Source: an uncultured Gemmatimonadota bacterium
GTDB lineage: Bacteria > Blakebacterota > Blakebacteria > Blakebacterales > Blakebacteraceae
Length of the DNA: 35,893 nt
Assembly (NCBI GenBank): GCA_964576115.1
Contig: CAZNUA010000037.1
Location: forward strand, 1-35,893
Direction: 5' to 3'
The position numbers and the translations under genes are program-made. Below, one piece after another: positions 26,323 to 34,880 of the stretch. Below the pieces are notes generated by a model, which worked only from the letters and a program-made list of their open reading frames with translations, made no database searches and was not told the origin of the DNA. The stretch's first letter is position 1. Each line of letters begins with the position of its first letter.

Positions 26323-27755
26323 CGTCCACCCTCCCTTCCGCTGGCCGGCAGGTCTGCGCCGGGCCGGACCGCTCCGTTACCGTTGACTGTCCAGAGCGCG
26401 TCGGCCAGCGCTGCCGACCGCTCTGCGGCTACCAGTTCGGCGGCCGACACCGTCTGGCCTCCATGACTCGACACGATCCAGGCGGCCAGGGCAGCCCGGT
26501 CTTCGAGCGTGCCCTGGAAGGGCGGCATCACGCCGGTCTCGTGCATGGTTTCGAACCACCGCAGGCCGAACTCTCCGCTCCAGTTCTCGGTCCGGGCGGC
26601 CAGCGACCGGTACCCCTGCCAGGTATGGCAGCTCGAGCACTGCAGACGCCAGAGCCACTCTCCGTGTTCAGCGCTCAGGGGCTCGACAGGCGGGGCCCAG
26701 CGGGCCTGTTCCAGGTAGGGCCGGCCCATGTAATCGGGATCCTCCGCTTTCTCCTGCCAGAGGCTGTTGGAGTATAGAGTGCCGTACACGACATAGGGTT
26801 TACGGGCCATCTCCCGGAAGAACTCTCCGCCCATGAAACCGAACTGGGCGATCACGAACAGGGCGATCGCCCCGGCAGTGGTGGCGACCCGGGGCCGCCA
26901 GGCCACGAACGCCGTGCCGGCTACGATCAGGAAACCGGCTGAAATCGCCAGCCAGAAATAGCGGGTGAGGGCTTCGAGGCGTCCCCCCATGACACCGGTG
27001 ACGCCCTCCCGGAAAAGCGTGACCGTGGCCTCGGGCAGGGTCGAGAAGTACCAGAGCAGCAGGGGAGGAGTCAGAATGGCGGCCGGGATGACCCATCTGG
27101 CCGCGAAGCCGATTACCTTTTCCTTGAAAGCTTTGTCCTCGAAGCGGGTGGCGACGATGATCGCGAAGAGCCCGGCCAGCATGAACATGATCAGGGTTCT
27201 GATAAAGAGCGAGGGGAAGAACCCGGGGTTGAAGAAACCGGCGGCGATCGACGTGCCGGCCAGCGACCACTGACCCGGAGTGAGCATGAAGGTCAGGATG
27301 CCGTTGATGATGAACAGCGACAGCCAGGCGGAAACGAAATAGGCCCCGGCCAGGAAAATCTGCCGCCCGCGCCCGTAGCGGCCCCAGCCGTAGAAGTAGA
27401 AGTACAGGATGGTGAGTTCAGCCAGGAACATGACCCATTCGGTGGCCCAGGCGAAGACGAACTGGTGGATCAGCAGGCTCGTGCCTTCAGGGCTGGCCAG
27501 CTGGATGGCGAACCAGATCCCCACCCCCGTCACGGCCCCGAAGACGGTCGTGTAGACCAGGAACCAGGTGGCGTACTTGTGCAGCCACTCCCTGATCGCC
27601 TCGCCGTTCGGCTGCCGGTCCGACCAGATCTCGGCCACGAAGAGCAGAGCTCCGCCGCCGATCGCCAGGTGCGAGATCAGCACATGGATGATGGCGATGA
27701 TCGCGACGACGAGTCCCGCTCCCAGGAAGGGGACGTCCCAGACCGGGTAGTTCAT
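26319..27755 (-). CDS. cytochrome bd subunit I-like protein fused to a c-type cytochrome domain
   Basis: IHVLISHLAIGGG, FGAVTGVGIWF, WATEWVMFLAE, IINGILTFMLTPG, EFFREMARKPY; C-terminal CSSCH...GVMPPF. Confidence 0.85.
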   Translation of the reverse strand: MNYPVWDVPFLGAGLVVAIIAIIHVLISHLAIGGGALLFVAEIWSDRQPNGEAIREWLHKYATWFLVYTTVFGAVTGVGIWFAIQLASPEGTSLLIHQFVFAWATEWVMFLAELTILYFYFYGWGRYGRGRQIFLAGAYFVSAWLSLFIINGILTFMLTPGQWSLAGTSIAAGFFNPGFFPSLFIRTLIMFMLAGLFAIIVATRFEDKAFKEKVIGFAARWVIPAAILTPPLLLWYFSTLPEATVTLFREGVTGVMGGRLEALTRYFWLAISAGFLIVAGTAFVAWRPRVATTAGAIALFVIAQFGFMGGEFFREMARKPYVVYGTLYSNSLWQEKAEDPDYMGRPYLEQARWAPPVEPLSAEHGEWLWRLQCSSCHTWQGYRSLAARTENWSGEFGLRWFETMHETGVMPPFQGTLEDRAALAAWIVSSHGGQTVSAAELVAAERSAALADALWTVNGNGAVRPGADLPASGREGGR

Positions 27756-27792
27756 GCCTGTATCTCCCGTCGGGGGAAACTGGCGAGCGGGT

Positions 27793-28908
27793 TCACGAGA
27801 GCGCTCCCCAGAGGGTGAGGATGATCAGGGCCAGCAGGGCCGTGACGCCGAGCCGGGTGGTGAGCCGGCCGCGTTCGTCGCTCGGGATCGAGCGGTCGAA
27901 GAACGGAACGGCCACCAGACCGAGCGGGATCAGGGTCAGGATCGCCAGCCCGAGCAGTTCGATCCGGCCCGGGAACAGCTTCAGCAGCTGGAACTGCGAG
28001 AGAAAATACCACTCGGGTTTGATTCCGGCCGGTGCGGCGGCGGCCGCATTGGCCTCGGGCGCCAGGGGCCGCGGCCAGATCGCCGACAGCGCCACCAGCA
28101 GCACCCCCGTCGCCATCCAGATCGGGATCTCGCCGAACATGAATTCGGAGAAGAACTTCTCGTAGCGCTTCTTCTCCGGCGGCAGGGCCGCGAAGGAGTC
28201 TGGCTCGCTCATGCCCTGGAGCTGAATGAAGAGCAGATGCAGCCCCAGCACGGCCAGGATCGCGAGCGGCAGAACCATGACGTGCAGGGTATAGAAGCGG
28301 CCCAGGGTATCGAGGGTCACCTCGGGGCCTCCCCGGGCCAGGTCGGCCATGAAGTGTCCGAGCAGGGGCAGTTTATCCAACTCGCTGATCCCCACCCGGG
28401 TGGCGAAGAAGGCCAGGTCGTCCCAGGGAAGCAGGTAGCCCGAGAACCCGAAGACCAGGGTGATGGCGAACAGTCCCGCCCCCGTGAGCCAGGTGAACTC
28501 CCGCGGCCGGCGATAGGCCTTCATGAAGAAGGTGCTGAACAGATGCAGGAAAAGAGAGAGAACCATCAGGTTGGCGCTCCAGTGGTGCACGCTCCTGATC
28601 AGGCTCCCGTAGGGCACTTCCATGACGATCCGCTGCACGCTCATCCACGGCTCGGCCGGGCGGTAGTAGATCATCAGCAGGATGCCGGTGACGACCTGTA
28701 CGGCGAAGAAGAAGAGCGCGATTCCGCCCATGTTGTACCACACCGACTGGCTGTGCCGGGGGACCGTCTTGTCGGCCAGGTGGCGCAGGGCCGGCCAGAC
28801 CGGATAGCGGTGCAGGAACCAACGCGAGACCTTGCCGGGAAGTGTCTCCCCGGCCGGGAGCTGGGGTTCGGCCTCGGGGGGGATCGGGTACTCGGTCATG
28901 GTCTCCAT
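27793..28908 (-). CDS. petB: cytochrome b of a Rieske/cytb complex (unsplit)
   Basis: RSVHHWSANLMVLSLFLH, AYRRPREFTWLTG, GFSGYLLPWD, FYTLHVMVLP...LH, IKPEWYF. Alternative start at 28899. Confidence 0.93.
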   Translation of the reverse strand: METMTEYPIPPEAEPQLPAGETLPGKVSRWFLHRYPVWPALRHLADKTVPRHSQSVWYNMGGIALFFFAVQVVTGILLMIYYRPAEPWMSVQRIVMEVPYGSLIRSVHHWSANLMVLSLFLHLFSTFFMKAYRRPREFTWLTGAGLFAITLVFGFSGYLLPWDDLAFFATRVGISELDKLPLLGHFMADLARGGPEVTLDTLGRFYTLHVMVLPLAILAVLGLHLLFIQLQGMSEPDSFAALPPEKKRYEKFFSEFMFGEIPIWMATGVLLVALSAIWPRPLAPEANAAAAAPAGIKPEWYFLSQFQLLKLFPGRIELLGLAILTLIPLGLVAVPFFDRSIPSDERGRLTTRLGVTALLALIILTLWGALS

Positions 28909-28918
28909 CCCGCGCTCC

Positions 28919-29377
28919 TCAGCTCTCGGGCCGGTACACGTAGAGGAGGCCCTCCTCCTCGACGACGTCCAGTTCCCTCAGCGGTCGCGGCGGCGGCCCC
29001 GAGACGTTCTGTCCCTCCAGGTCGTACACGCCGCCGTGACAGTGGCAGTAGATCCGATCCCCCTCGAAAGCCACATTGCAGCCGGCGTGGGTGCACTTGG
29101 AATCGAAGGCCTTCAGTTCCCCCGCGGCATTGCGGAATACGATCAGGCCCCGGTTGCCGTAGGCCCCGTTCTTCCCCATGCCGGGATTCTTCACCTCGGC
29201 CAGGGTGATACCCTGGACCACGGCCCGGCCCTGTTCGTCGAAGGGATCGGGGGGCGCCTGCGGACTCAGGTAGCCGAAGACGGGCACCAGAGCGGCTCCG
29301 AGCCAGCCGAGACCGATGGCTCCCAGGAAACCGAGGAAGCGGCGTTTGGAAGGACTGATGGTCTGTTCCTCACCCAT
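28919..29377 (-). CDS. Rieske [2Fe-2S] protein
   Basis: Tat-like SKRRFLG plus TM; CTHAGC and CHCHGGVYD; GPPPRPL. Confidence 0.95.
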   Translation of the reverse strand: MGEEQTISPSKRRFLGFLGAIGLGWLGAALVPVFGYLSPQAPPDPFDEQGRAVVQGITLAEVKNPGMGKNGAYGNRGLIVFRNAAGELKAFDSKCTHAGCNVAFEGDRIYCHCHGGVYDLEGQNVSGPPPRPLRELDVVEEEGLLYVYRPES

Positions 29378-29420
29378 GCGCTCTTCTCCTGCCCGGCCGG
29401 TGTGTGCGGATCGGGTTCAT

Positions 29421-29443
29421 TTAATAGGATATGTTCCTATTAA
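29421..29443. promoter_or_regulatory. AT-rich perfect 9-5-9 palindrome, candidate operator of the respiratory operon
   Basis: TTAATAGGA-TATGT-TCCTATTAA, 43 nt upstream of the Rieske start in otherwise GC-rich DNA. Confidence 0.65.
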
Positions 29444-29651
29444 CATCTGCGCTCGCACCGGTTTCAACGATGAAACAGTCCGGTATTCACGGACTGCGAC
29501 GATGTCCATCCCCTCGCTCGAACAGACATGACGGTACATTCTCCCGCCTCTGCGGCGAACCGGCAAGGACCTTCCGGTCGGGATAAAAGTGGCGGTGGGG
29601 AGGAGTGTTTACCTCATTGCATCCGGGCCGGCGAACCGGAGGCGGAAGACC

Positions 29652-30818
29652 ATGGAGAGGACGCAGTTGCTGTCACAGCTTGCCGCACTTTCGGGCGAGT
29701 TCGGCACATCCCGTTACGTCCACGGCGGGGGGGGCAACACCTCGGTCAAAGAAAACGGGATTCTCTGGATCAAACCTTCGGGGCGGACTCTGGCCGGACT
29801 CGAACCGGGCGATTTCATCGGTCTCGAGAGGGCCAGCCTGGCCGACCTCTACGGCCCGGACCTGCCCGCCGAACCTGCGGATCGCGAAGAGGCGGCCCGC
29901 CGGATCCTGGCCGGGGCCGTTCTGCCCGGATCGACCGGGCGGCCTTCGGTCGAAACTCCCCTGCACGATTCGATTCCCGCCCGTTTCGTCGTGCATACTC
30001 ACGCCACCCTGGTGAACGGTCTGACCTGCGCTCGGGGGGGTCGGGAAGCCTGCGCCCGGCTCTTTCCCGACGCCCTTTTCATCGACTACTGCGATCCCGG
30101 TTGCCGGCTGGCCCGCCGGGTCAGGGAGGAACTTGCCCGACTCGGCTCCGGTGGGGCCGCGAACGGGCTGGTCATCTTTCTTCAGAACCACGGCGTTTTT
30201 GTGGCCGCGGATCAGCCGCCGCTGATACGGACCGCCTACGACCGCATCATGAAAACCCTCGCCGACCACTACCGCCGTCACGGTCTCGAAGTCGCGCTCG
30301 CCGATGCCCCCGGGACCGATACCGGTTCGGGTACCGCCGCCGAACCCGTATTCCTCACCGCCGGAGATCCGATACCGGCGTCTCTCTCGGAGCTGCTCCC
30401 CCAATCGACCGCGGCCGCGTTTGCCGGGCAAGCCGAACGCCTGTTCGCTGCCTGGCCGACGGACAATCCGCTCCATCTTGCGATCGGAACCGGTTCCGGG
30501 ACTGTCGGCGGTCCCCTGACCCCCGATCACATCGTCTATGCCGGAACCGAACCGTTTGCGGGCCCGCCGACGACCGAGGCAGTGGCTGCCTGGCGGCGGC
30601 GCTTCGGCTATGATCCGAAGGTGATCATCCTGGCGGGGGTGACCTGCGGAGCGGGTTCGACCCCCGACCGGGCCGCCCTGGCCCTCGAGGTGGCCCGGGA
30701 TGCGGTTGAGATCGTCCGGCTCGCCGATACCTTCGGGGGCGTGCGCTACCTCGATCGCGACGCGACCCGCTTCATCGAGGGCTGGGAGGTCGAGCGCTAC
30801 CGCAACCGGCAGATCTAA
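29652..30818 (+). CDS. class II aldolase/adducin family protein (rhamnulose-1-phosphate aldolase-like, no SDR domain)
   Basis: GGGGNTSVK, WIKPSG, RPSVETPLH, VVHTH, FLQNHGVFV, LTPDHIVY, WEVERYR; adjacent to rhaA. Confidence 0.82.
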   Translation: MERTQLLSQLAALSGEFGTSRYVHGGGGNTSVKENGILWIKPSGRTLAGLEPGDFIGLERASLADLYGPDLPAEPADREEAARRILAGAVLPGSTGRPSVETPLHDSIPARFVVHTHATLVNGLTCARGGREACARLFPDALFIDYCDPGCRLARRVREELARLGSGGAANGLVIFLQNHGVFVAADQPPLIRTAYDRIMKTLADHYRRHGLEVALADAPGTDTGSGTAAEPVFLTAGDPIPASLSELLPQSTAAAFAGQAERLFAAWPTDNPLHLAIGTGSGTVGGPLTPDHIVYAGTEPFAGPPTTEAVAAWRRRFGYDPKVIILAGVTCGAGSTPDRAALALEVARDAVEIVRLADTFGGVRYLDRDATRFIEGWEVERYRNRQI

Positions 30819-30833
30819 CCGGCGGAGGTGACC

Positions 30834-32105
30834 ATGGACAGCAGCACTCTCGTCGAACAGGCATACGAAATCGCCCGCGAGCGGTACGCCGCGATCGGGG
30901 TGGATACCGATGCCGCCCGGGACCGGCTGAAGGAGATCGCCGTCTCGGTGCATTGCTGGCAGGGCGATGACGTGGGCGGTTTCGAGGTGCCCGGTGCCGA
31001 ACTGGACGGGGGGGGCATTCAGGTCACCGGTTCCCACCCGGGGCGGGCGCGCACGATCGATGAATTGCGGGATGATCTCGATGCCGCCCTGGCCCTGATC
31101 CCCGGTACGCACCGCCTCAACCTGCACGCCAGCTACCTCGAGAACGGCGGTGTCTTCGTCGACCGTGATGCCGTCAGTCCCGAACACTTCGCCGGCTGGA
31201 TCGCCTGGGCGGCCGAACGGGGACTGGGACTCGATTTCAACCCGACCTGTTTCTCTCATCCGCGGGCCACCGACGGCTTCACCCTGAGTCACCCCGATCA
31301 GGGGGTGCGTACCTTCTGGATCGAGCACTGCCGCCGCTGCCGCGAGATCGGAGCCGAGATGGGCCGCCGGCTCGGCACGCCCTGTGTGACCAACATCTGG
31401 ATCCCCGACGGCTACAAGGATACGCCGGCCGATCGCAGCGCCCCCCGCCGGCGGCTGGTGGCGGCTCTGGATGACATCTTCAGCGTCGAGTACGAACCCG
31501 ACCACCTCCTCGACAGCCTCGAATCGAAGCTCTTCGGGATCGGTTCGGAGAGCTATGTGACCGGCTCGTGGGAGTTTTACCTCGGCTACGCCATCACGCG
31601 CCGCAAGCTGATCTGTATCGATACCGGCCATTTCCACCCGACCGAGGCGATCCACGACAAGATCTCGGCCGTGCTCCTGTACCTGCCCCGTCTCCTGCTG
31701 CATGTCAGCCGCGGCGTGCGCTGGGATTCCGATCACGTCGTCACTCTCTCCGACGACCTGCTGGCTCTGACCGGCGAGCTGGTGCGGAGCGGGGCGCTCG
31801 AACGAACCCACCTCGGGCTGGATTACTTCGACGCCAGCATCAACCGGGTCGCGGCCTGGGTCATCGGCACCCGCAACCTGCTCAAAGCCCTGCTGGCCGC
31901 CCTGCTTGAACCGGGCGACAAACTGCGCGAGCTCGAGCGGGCCGGCGACCTGACCGGCCGGCTGGCGCTGCTCGAGGAACTCCGGACGCTACCCCTGGGT
32001 GCGGTCTGGGATTCGTACTGTCTCGAAGCCGGCGTGCCGGTTGGCGAAACCTGGCTCGACGAGGTGCGGGCGTACGAGCGGACCGTGCTGGCCGGGCGGG
32101 AGTAA
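30834..32105 (+). CDS. rhaA: L-rhamnose isomerase
   Basis: [101 protein letters not shown]. Confidence 0.97.
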   Translation: MDSSTLVEQAYEIARERYAAIGVDTDAARDRLKEIAVSVHCWQGDDVGGFEVPGAELDGGGIQVTGSHPGRARTIDELRDDLDAALALIPGTHRLNLHASYLENGGVFVDRDAVSPEHFAGWIAWAAERGLGLDFNPTCFSHPRATDGFTLSHPDQGVRTFWIEHCRRCREIGAEMGRRLGTPCVTNIWIPDGYKDTPADRSAPRRRLVAALDDIFSVEYEPDHLLDSLESKLFGIGSESYVTGSWEFYLGYAITRRKLICIDTGHFHPTEAIHDKISAVLLYLPRLLLHVSRGVRWDSDHVVTLSDDLLALTGELVRSGALERTHLGLDYFDASINRVAAWVIGTRNLLKALLAALLEPGDKLRELERAGDLTGRLALLEELRTLPLGAVWDSYCLEAGVPVGETWLDEVRAYERTVLAGRE

Positions 32106-32109
32106 AGAC

Positions 32110-33159
32110 GTGGCATCCCCAGCTGCGGAACGGGGATCTGGCAGCGACCGATCTCACTCGGGCCGACTGCGGGTCGGTATCGACTCCTACGGTCTGCTCC
32201 CCCTCGGGCTCGAGCCGCTCGAGTTGCTGGCCTGGGCCCGCGAAAACGGCGCCGGGGGAGTGCAGTTCAGCGGTCTGAGCGAGGCCGGGAACGCCCGGGT
32301 CGACCGGGGTTATCTCGACGCCATGCGCCAGTACTGCACGGAAGCGGATCTGTATCTGGAGTGGGGTGGGGCCCAGCACATCCCCCGTGACATGCAGAGC
32401 TGGCAGGCCCGGGATATTTTGGCCGTGAACCGCCGGGCGGCCGAACAGGCGACGATCCTGGGCACTCGAATCGTCCGTTCCTGCTCGGGCGGGCTGATGC
32501 GCTGGGACGAGGCCAATCCCGACACCGACACCCTGCTGGCCGAAACCGCCCGGACGCTGCGCGATCAGCGTTCCATGCTGCGCGACCACAACGTGATTCT
32601 CAGCCTCGAACTGCACTTCGAGTTCACCACCTTCGAACTGCTGCGGCTCTTCGAGACCTGCGGGGCACAGCCGGGGGATTGGCTGGGCATCTGCCTGGAT
32701 ACCATGAACGTGCTGACCATGCTCGAGGAACCGGTCGCCGCCACCCGCCGGGTGCTGCCCTGGGTCACCTCGACCCACATCAAGGACGGCGGCATCGTGG
32801 TCGACGGTGAAGGGATGGTGACCTTTCCCGCCGCGGTCGGCGGCGGCATCGTGGATCTGCCCGCCATCTGCCGTCTGCTCGCAGGCGCCCACGAGCGAAT
32901 GAACCTGTCGATCGAAGATCACGGCGGATCCTTCTTCCTGCCGATCTCAGATCCCGCCTTCCTGGCCCGCTTCCCCGATCTATCGGACGACGAGTACGCC
33001 GATCTGCGTACGCTCGCCGCCCGGACCGCCGAACGCATCGCCGCCGGGAGCTGCTCGATCACCGGACGCGAGGCCTGGCCCGCCCTCTGCGAGCGCCGCC
33101 TCCAGCAGGACCTCGGTGCCCTGAATGCCATCGTGGCCGCGCTCGGCGACGGGGAGTGA
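32110..33159 (+). CDS. sugar-phosphate isomerase/epimerase (xylose-isomerase-like TIM barrel)
   Basis: Metal-ligand pattern LELHFE, CLDTMN, THIKDG, SIEDHG; GTG start 4 nt after the rhaA stop. Confidence 0.8.
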   Translation: MASPAAERGSGSDRSHSGRLRVGIDSYGLLPLGLEPLELLAWARENGAGGVQFSGLSEAGNARVDRGYLDAMRQYCTEADLYLEWGGAQHIPRDMQSWQARDILAVNRRAAEQATILGTRIVRSCSGGLMRWDEANPDTDTLLAETARTLRDQRSMLRDHNVILSLELHFEFTTFELLRLFETCGAQPGDWLGICLDTMNVLTMLEEPVAATRRVLPWVTSTHIKDGGIVVDGEGMVTFPAAVGGGIVDLPAICRLLAGAHERMNLSIEDHGGSFFLPISDPAFLARFPDLSDDEYADLRTLAARTAERIAAGSCSITGREAWPALCERRLQQDLGALNAIVAALGDGE

Positions 33160-33166
33160 AGCGGGT

Positions 33167-34497
33167 ATGAGTTCTTTCGCCCTGCGCGACGCCGACGACC
33201 TCCTGCACCTGGCCGGCGAACTGGGGCTCGACCTTCCCTGGAGCAAGAAGCTGGAGCCTCTTCTCGAACCGGTCGAGCTGACCCTGCCCGGTCCCGGCCG
33301 GATGCGGCTGCCCAACCGGTTGGGGGTGCACCCGATGGAAGGCTTCGATGCCGCACCCGACGGTTCGCCCGCAGAACCGGCCCGGCGGCGCTATCTCCGC
33401 TACGCCGAGGGGGGCAGCGGTCTGATCTGGTTCGAGGCCACGGCGGTGGTTCCCGAGGGGCGCTCGAATCCCCGTCAGCTCCTGCTCGATCCGGCCACCG
33501 TCGGGGCTTTCACCGAGCTGGTCGAGGCCGTCCGCCACCGCGCCCGGGCGGCTTTCGGCGCCGACCACCGCCCTCTGCTCGTCCTCCAGCTCACCCATTC
33601 GGGCCGTTTCAGCCGACCGGCCGGCAAACCGCAGCCCCTGGTGGCGGCGATCAATCCCCATCTCGATGCCCGGCCGGAGTCGGCACAGGTGCTCTCCGAT
33701 GACGATCTCGAGTCCCTGGTCGAGCGCTTTGTCGCCGCCGCCGGTCTGGCTGCCGGGGCCGGCTTCGATGCCGTCGACATCAAGGCCTGCCACGGCTACA
33801 TCCTGCACGATCTGCTCGCCGCCCGTGCCCGCAGCGGCAGCCGTTTCGGCGGCCCCGATCTGGCCGACCGGACCCGTGTCATGCTCCGGATCGTCGACGG
33901 CATTCGAGCCGCCTGCCCCGACCTGGGCCTGGCGGCCCGTATCTCGCTGACCGATTCCCTGCCGCCGCCCTGGGGCTTCGGCACCGCTGCCGACGGAGCC
34001 GTCGATCTGAGCGAACCGCACCGCCTGCTCGACGATCTCGAGCGCTCCGGTTGCCGGCTCCTCAACGTCACGGCCGGTATTCCCGCCCTTTTCCCCTGGC
34101 TCGGGCGACCCTCCGACCGGGCCGCCGGGGGGGGCGATCCCGGTCCCGAACACCCCCTGGCCGGGGTCGCCCGCCTGCTCGGACTGGCCCGCTCGGTTCT
34201 CAACGCCCATCCCGGTCTGACCGTGGTCGGCACCGGCCTGTCCTGGCTGCGTCATCTCTGGCCGGGAGTGGGGGCCGGAGCCCTCGCCGACGGCTGGGCG
34301 CACCTGATCGGGCTGGGGCGCAGCTCCTTTGCGTACCCGCAGGCGCCGCGCGATCTGATGCGGACCGGAACCCTCGACCGCCGGAAGGTCTGCGTGACCT
34401 GCTCGCGCTGTACCGAACTCATGCGGGCTCTCTCGCCGACCGGCTGTGCGGTGCACGACGAGCGGTACCGGGACCTCTACGGGGCTCTCGACCGTAT
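33167..34497 (+). CDS. NADH:flavin oxidoreductase (Old Yellow Enzyme fold) with C-terminal Fe-S motif; 3' end lost in the gap
   Basis: LPNRLGVHPMEGFD, GGSGLIWFEATAV, LQLTHSGR, DIKACHGY, IGLGR, CVTCSRC...TGC. Confidence 0.88.
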
Positions 34498-34597
34498 NNN
34501 NNNNNNNNNNNNNNNNNNNNNNNNNNNNNNNNNNNNNNNNNNNNNNNNNNNNNNNNNNNNNNNNNNNNNNNNNNNNNNNNNNNNNNNNNNNNNNNNN
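34498..34597. other. assembly gap (100 N)
   Basis: Run of exactly 100 N; true length unknown. Confidence 0.99.
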
Positions 34598-34788
34598 GTG
34601 AGTGTTATCCCGTGAACGGTCCTGCCTGTCTGTACAGAGCCCGAACGGGGGAGAACGATTCAAAATAACTGCCTCCTTCACTTATCTTACACAACTTCGC
34701 AATGACGCTCGATACGTTACCGTACTTATGAAGCGGTGTACTTCGCCTGCCGCCGCAGCCGGGCAGGTAGCACGTTCGCGGCGAGCTA

Positions 34789-34815
34789 ATGGCACGAATA
34801 AGATATTCGTGGCAT
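34789..34815. promoter_or_regulatory. 27-bp inverted repeat, candidate metalloregulator operator
   Basis: ATGGCACGAATA-AGA-TATTCGTGGCAT (11 of 12 positions pair), 65 nt upstream of the receptor start. Confidence 0.55.
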
Positions 34816-34880
34816 CCCGGGGAAAATGAAGTCATACTCTGCACTCGGACAGCCACCTCGGATCTCAGCGGAGCGTGCCG

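Noticed and set aside
29673-31811. 712-aa minus-strand ORF (also 22179-23660 and 27754-29208 on the plus strand)
   Set aside because: Antisense shadows of the aldolase/rhaA, VPS10-like and cytochrome b genes.
33059-34681. ORFs spanning the N-run (33059-34681 minus; the tracked ends at 34615 and 34668 plus)
   Set aside because: Artefacts of reading through 100 Ns of unknown true length.
34728-34770. Possible cobalamin riboswitch upstream of the receptor (AAGCGGTGTACTTCGC...)
   Set aside because: Lacks the GGGAA element and the CCCGC-ACTGT and B12-box motifs; resemblance too weak.
34790-34805. TGGCACG as a second sigma54 promoter
   Set aside because: No GC at the -12 position (GG-N10-AT); the sequence is better explained as one arm of an inverted repeat.
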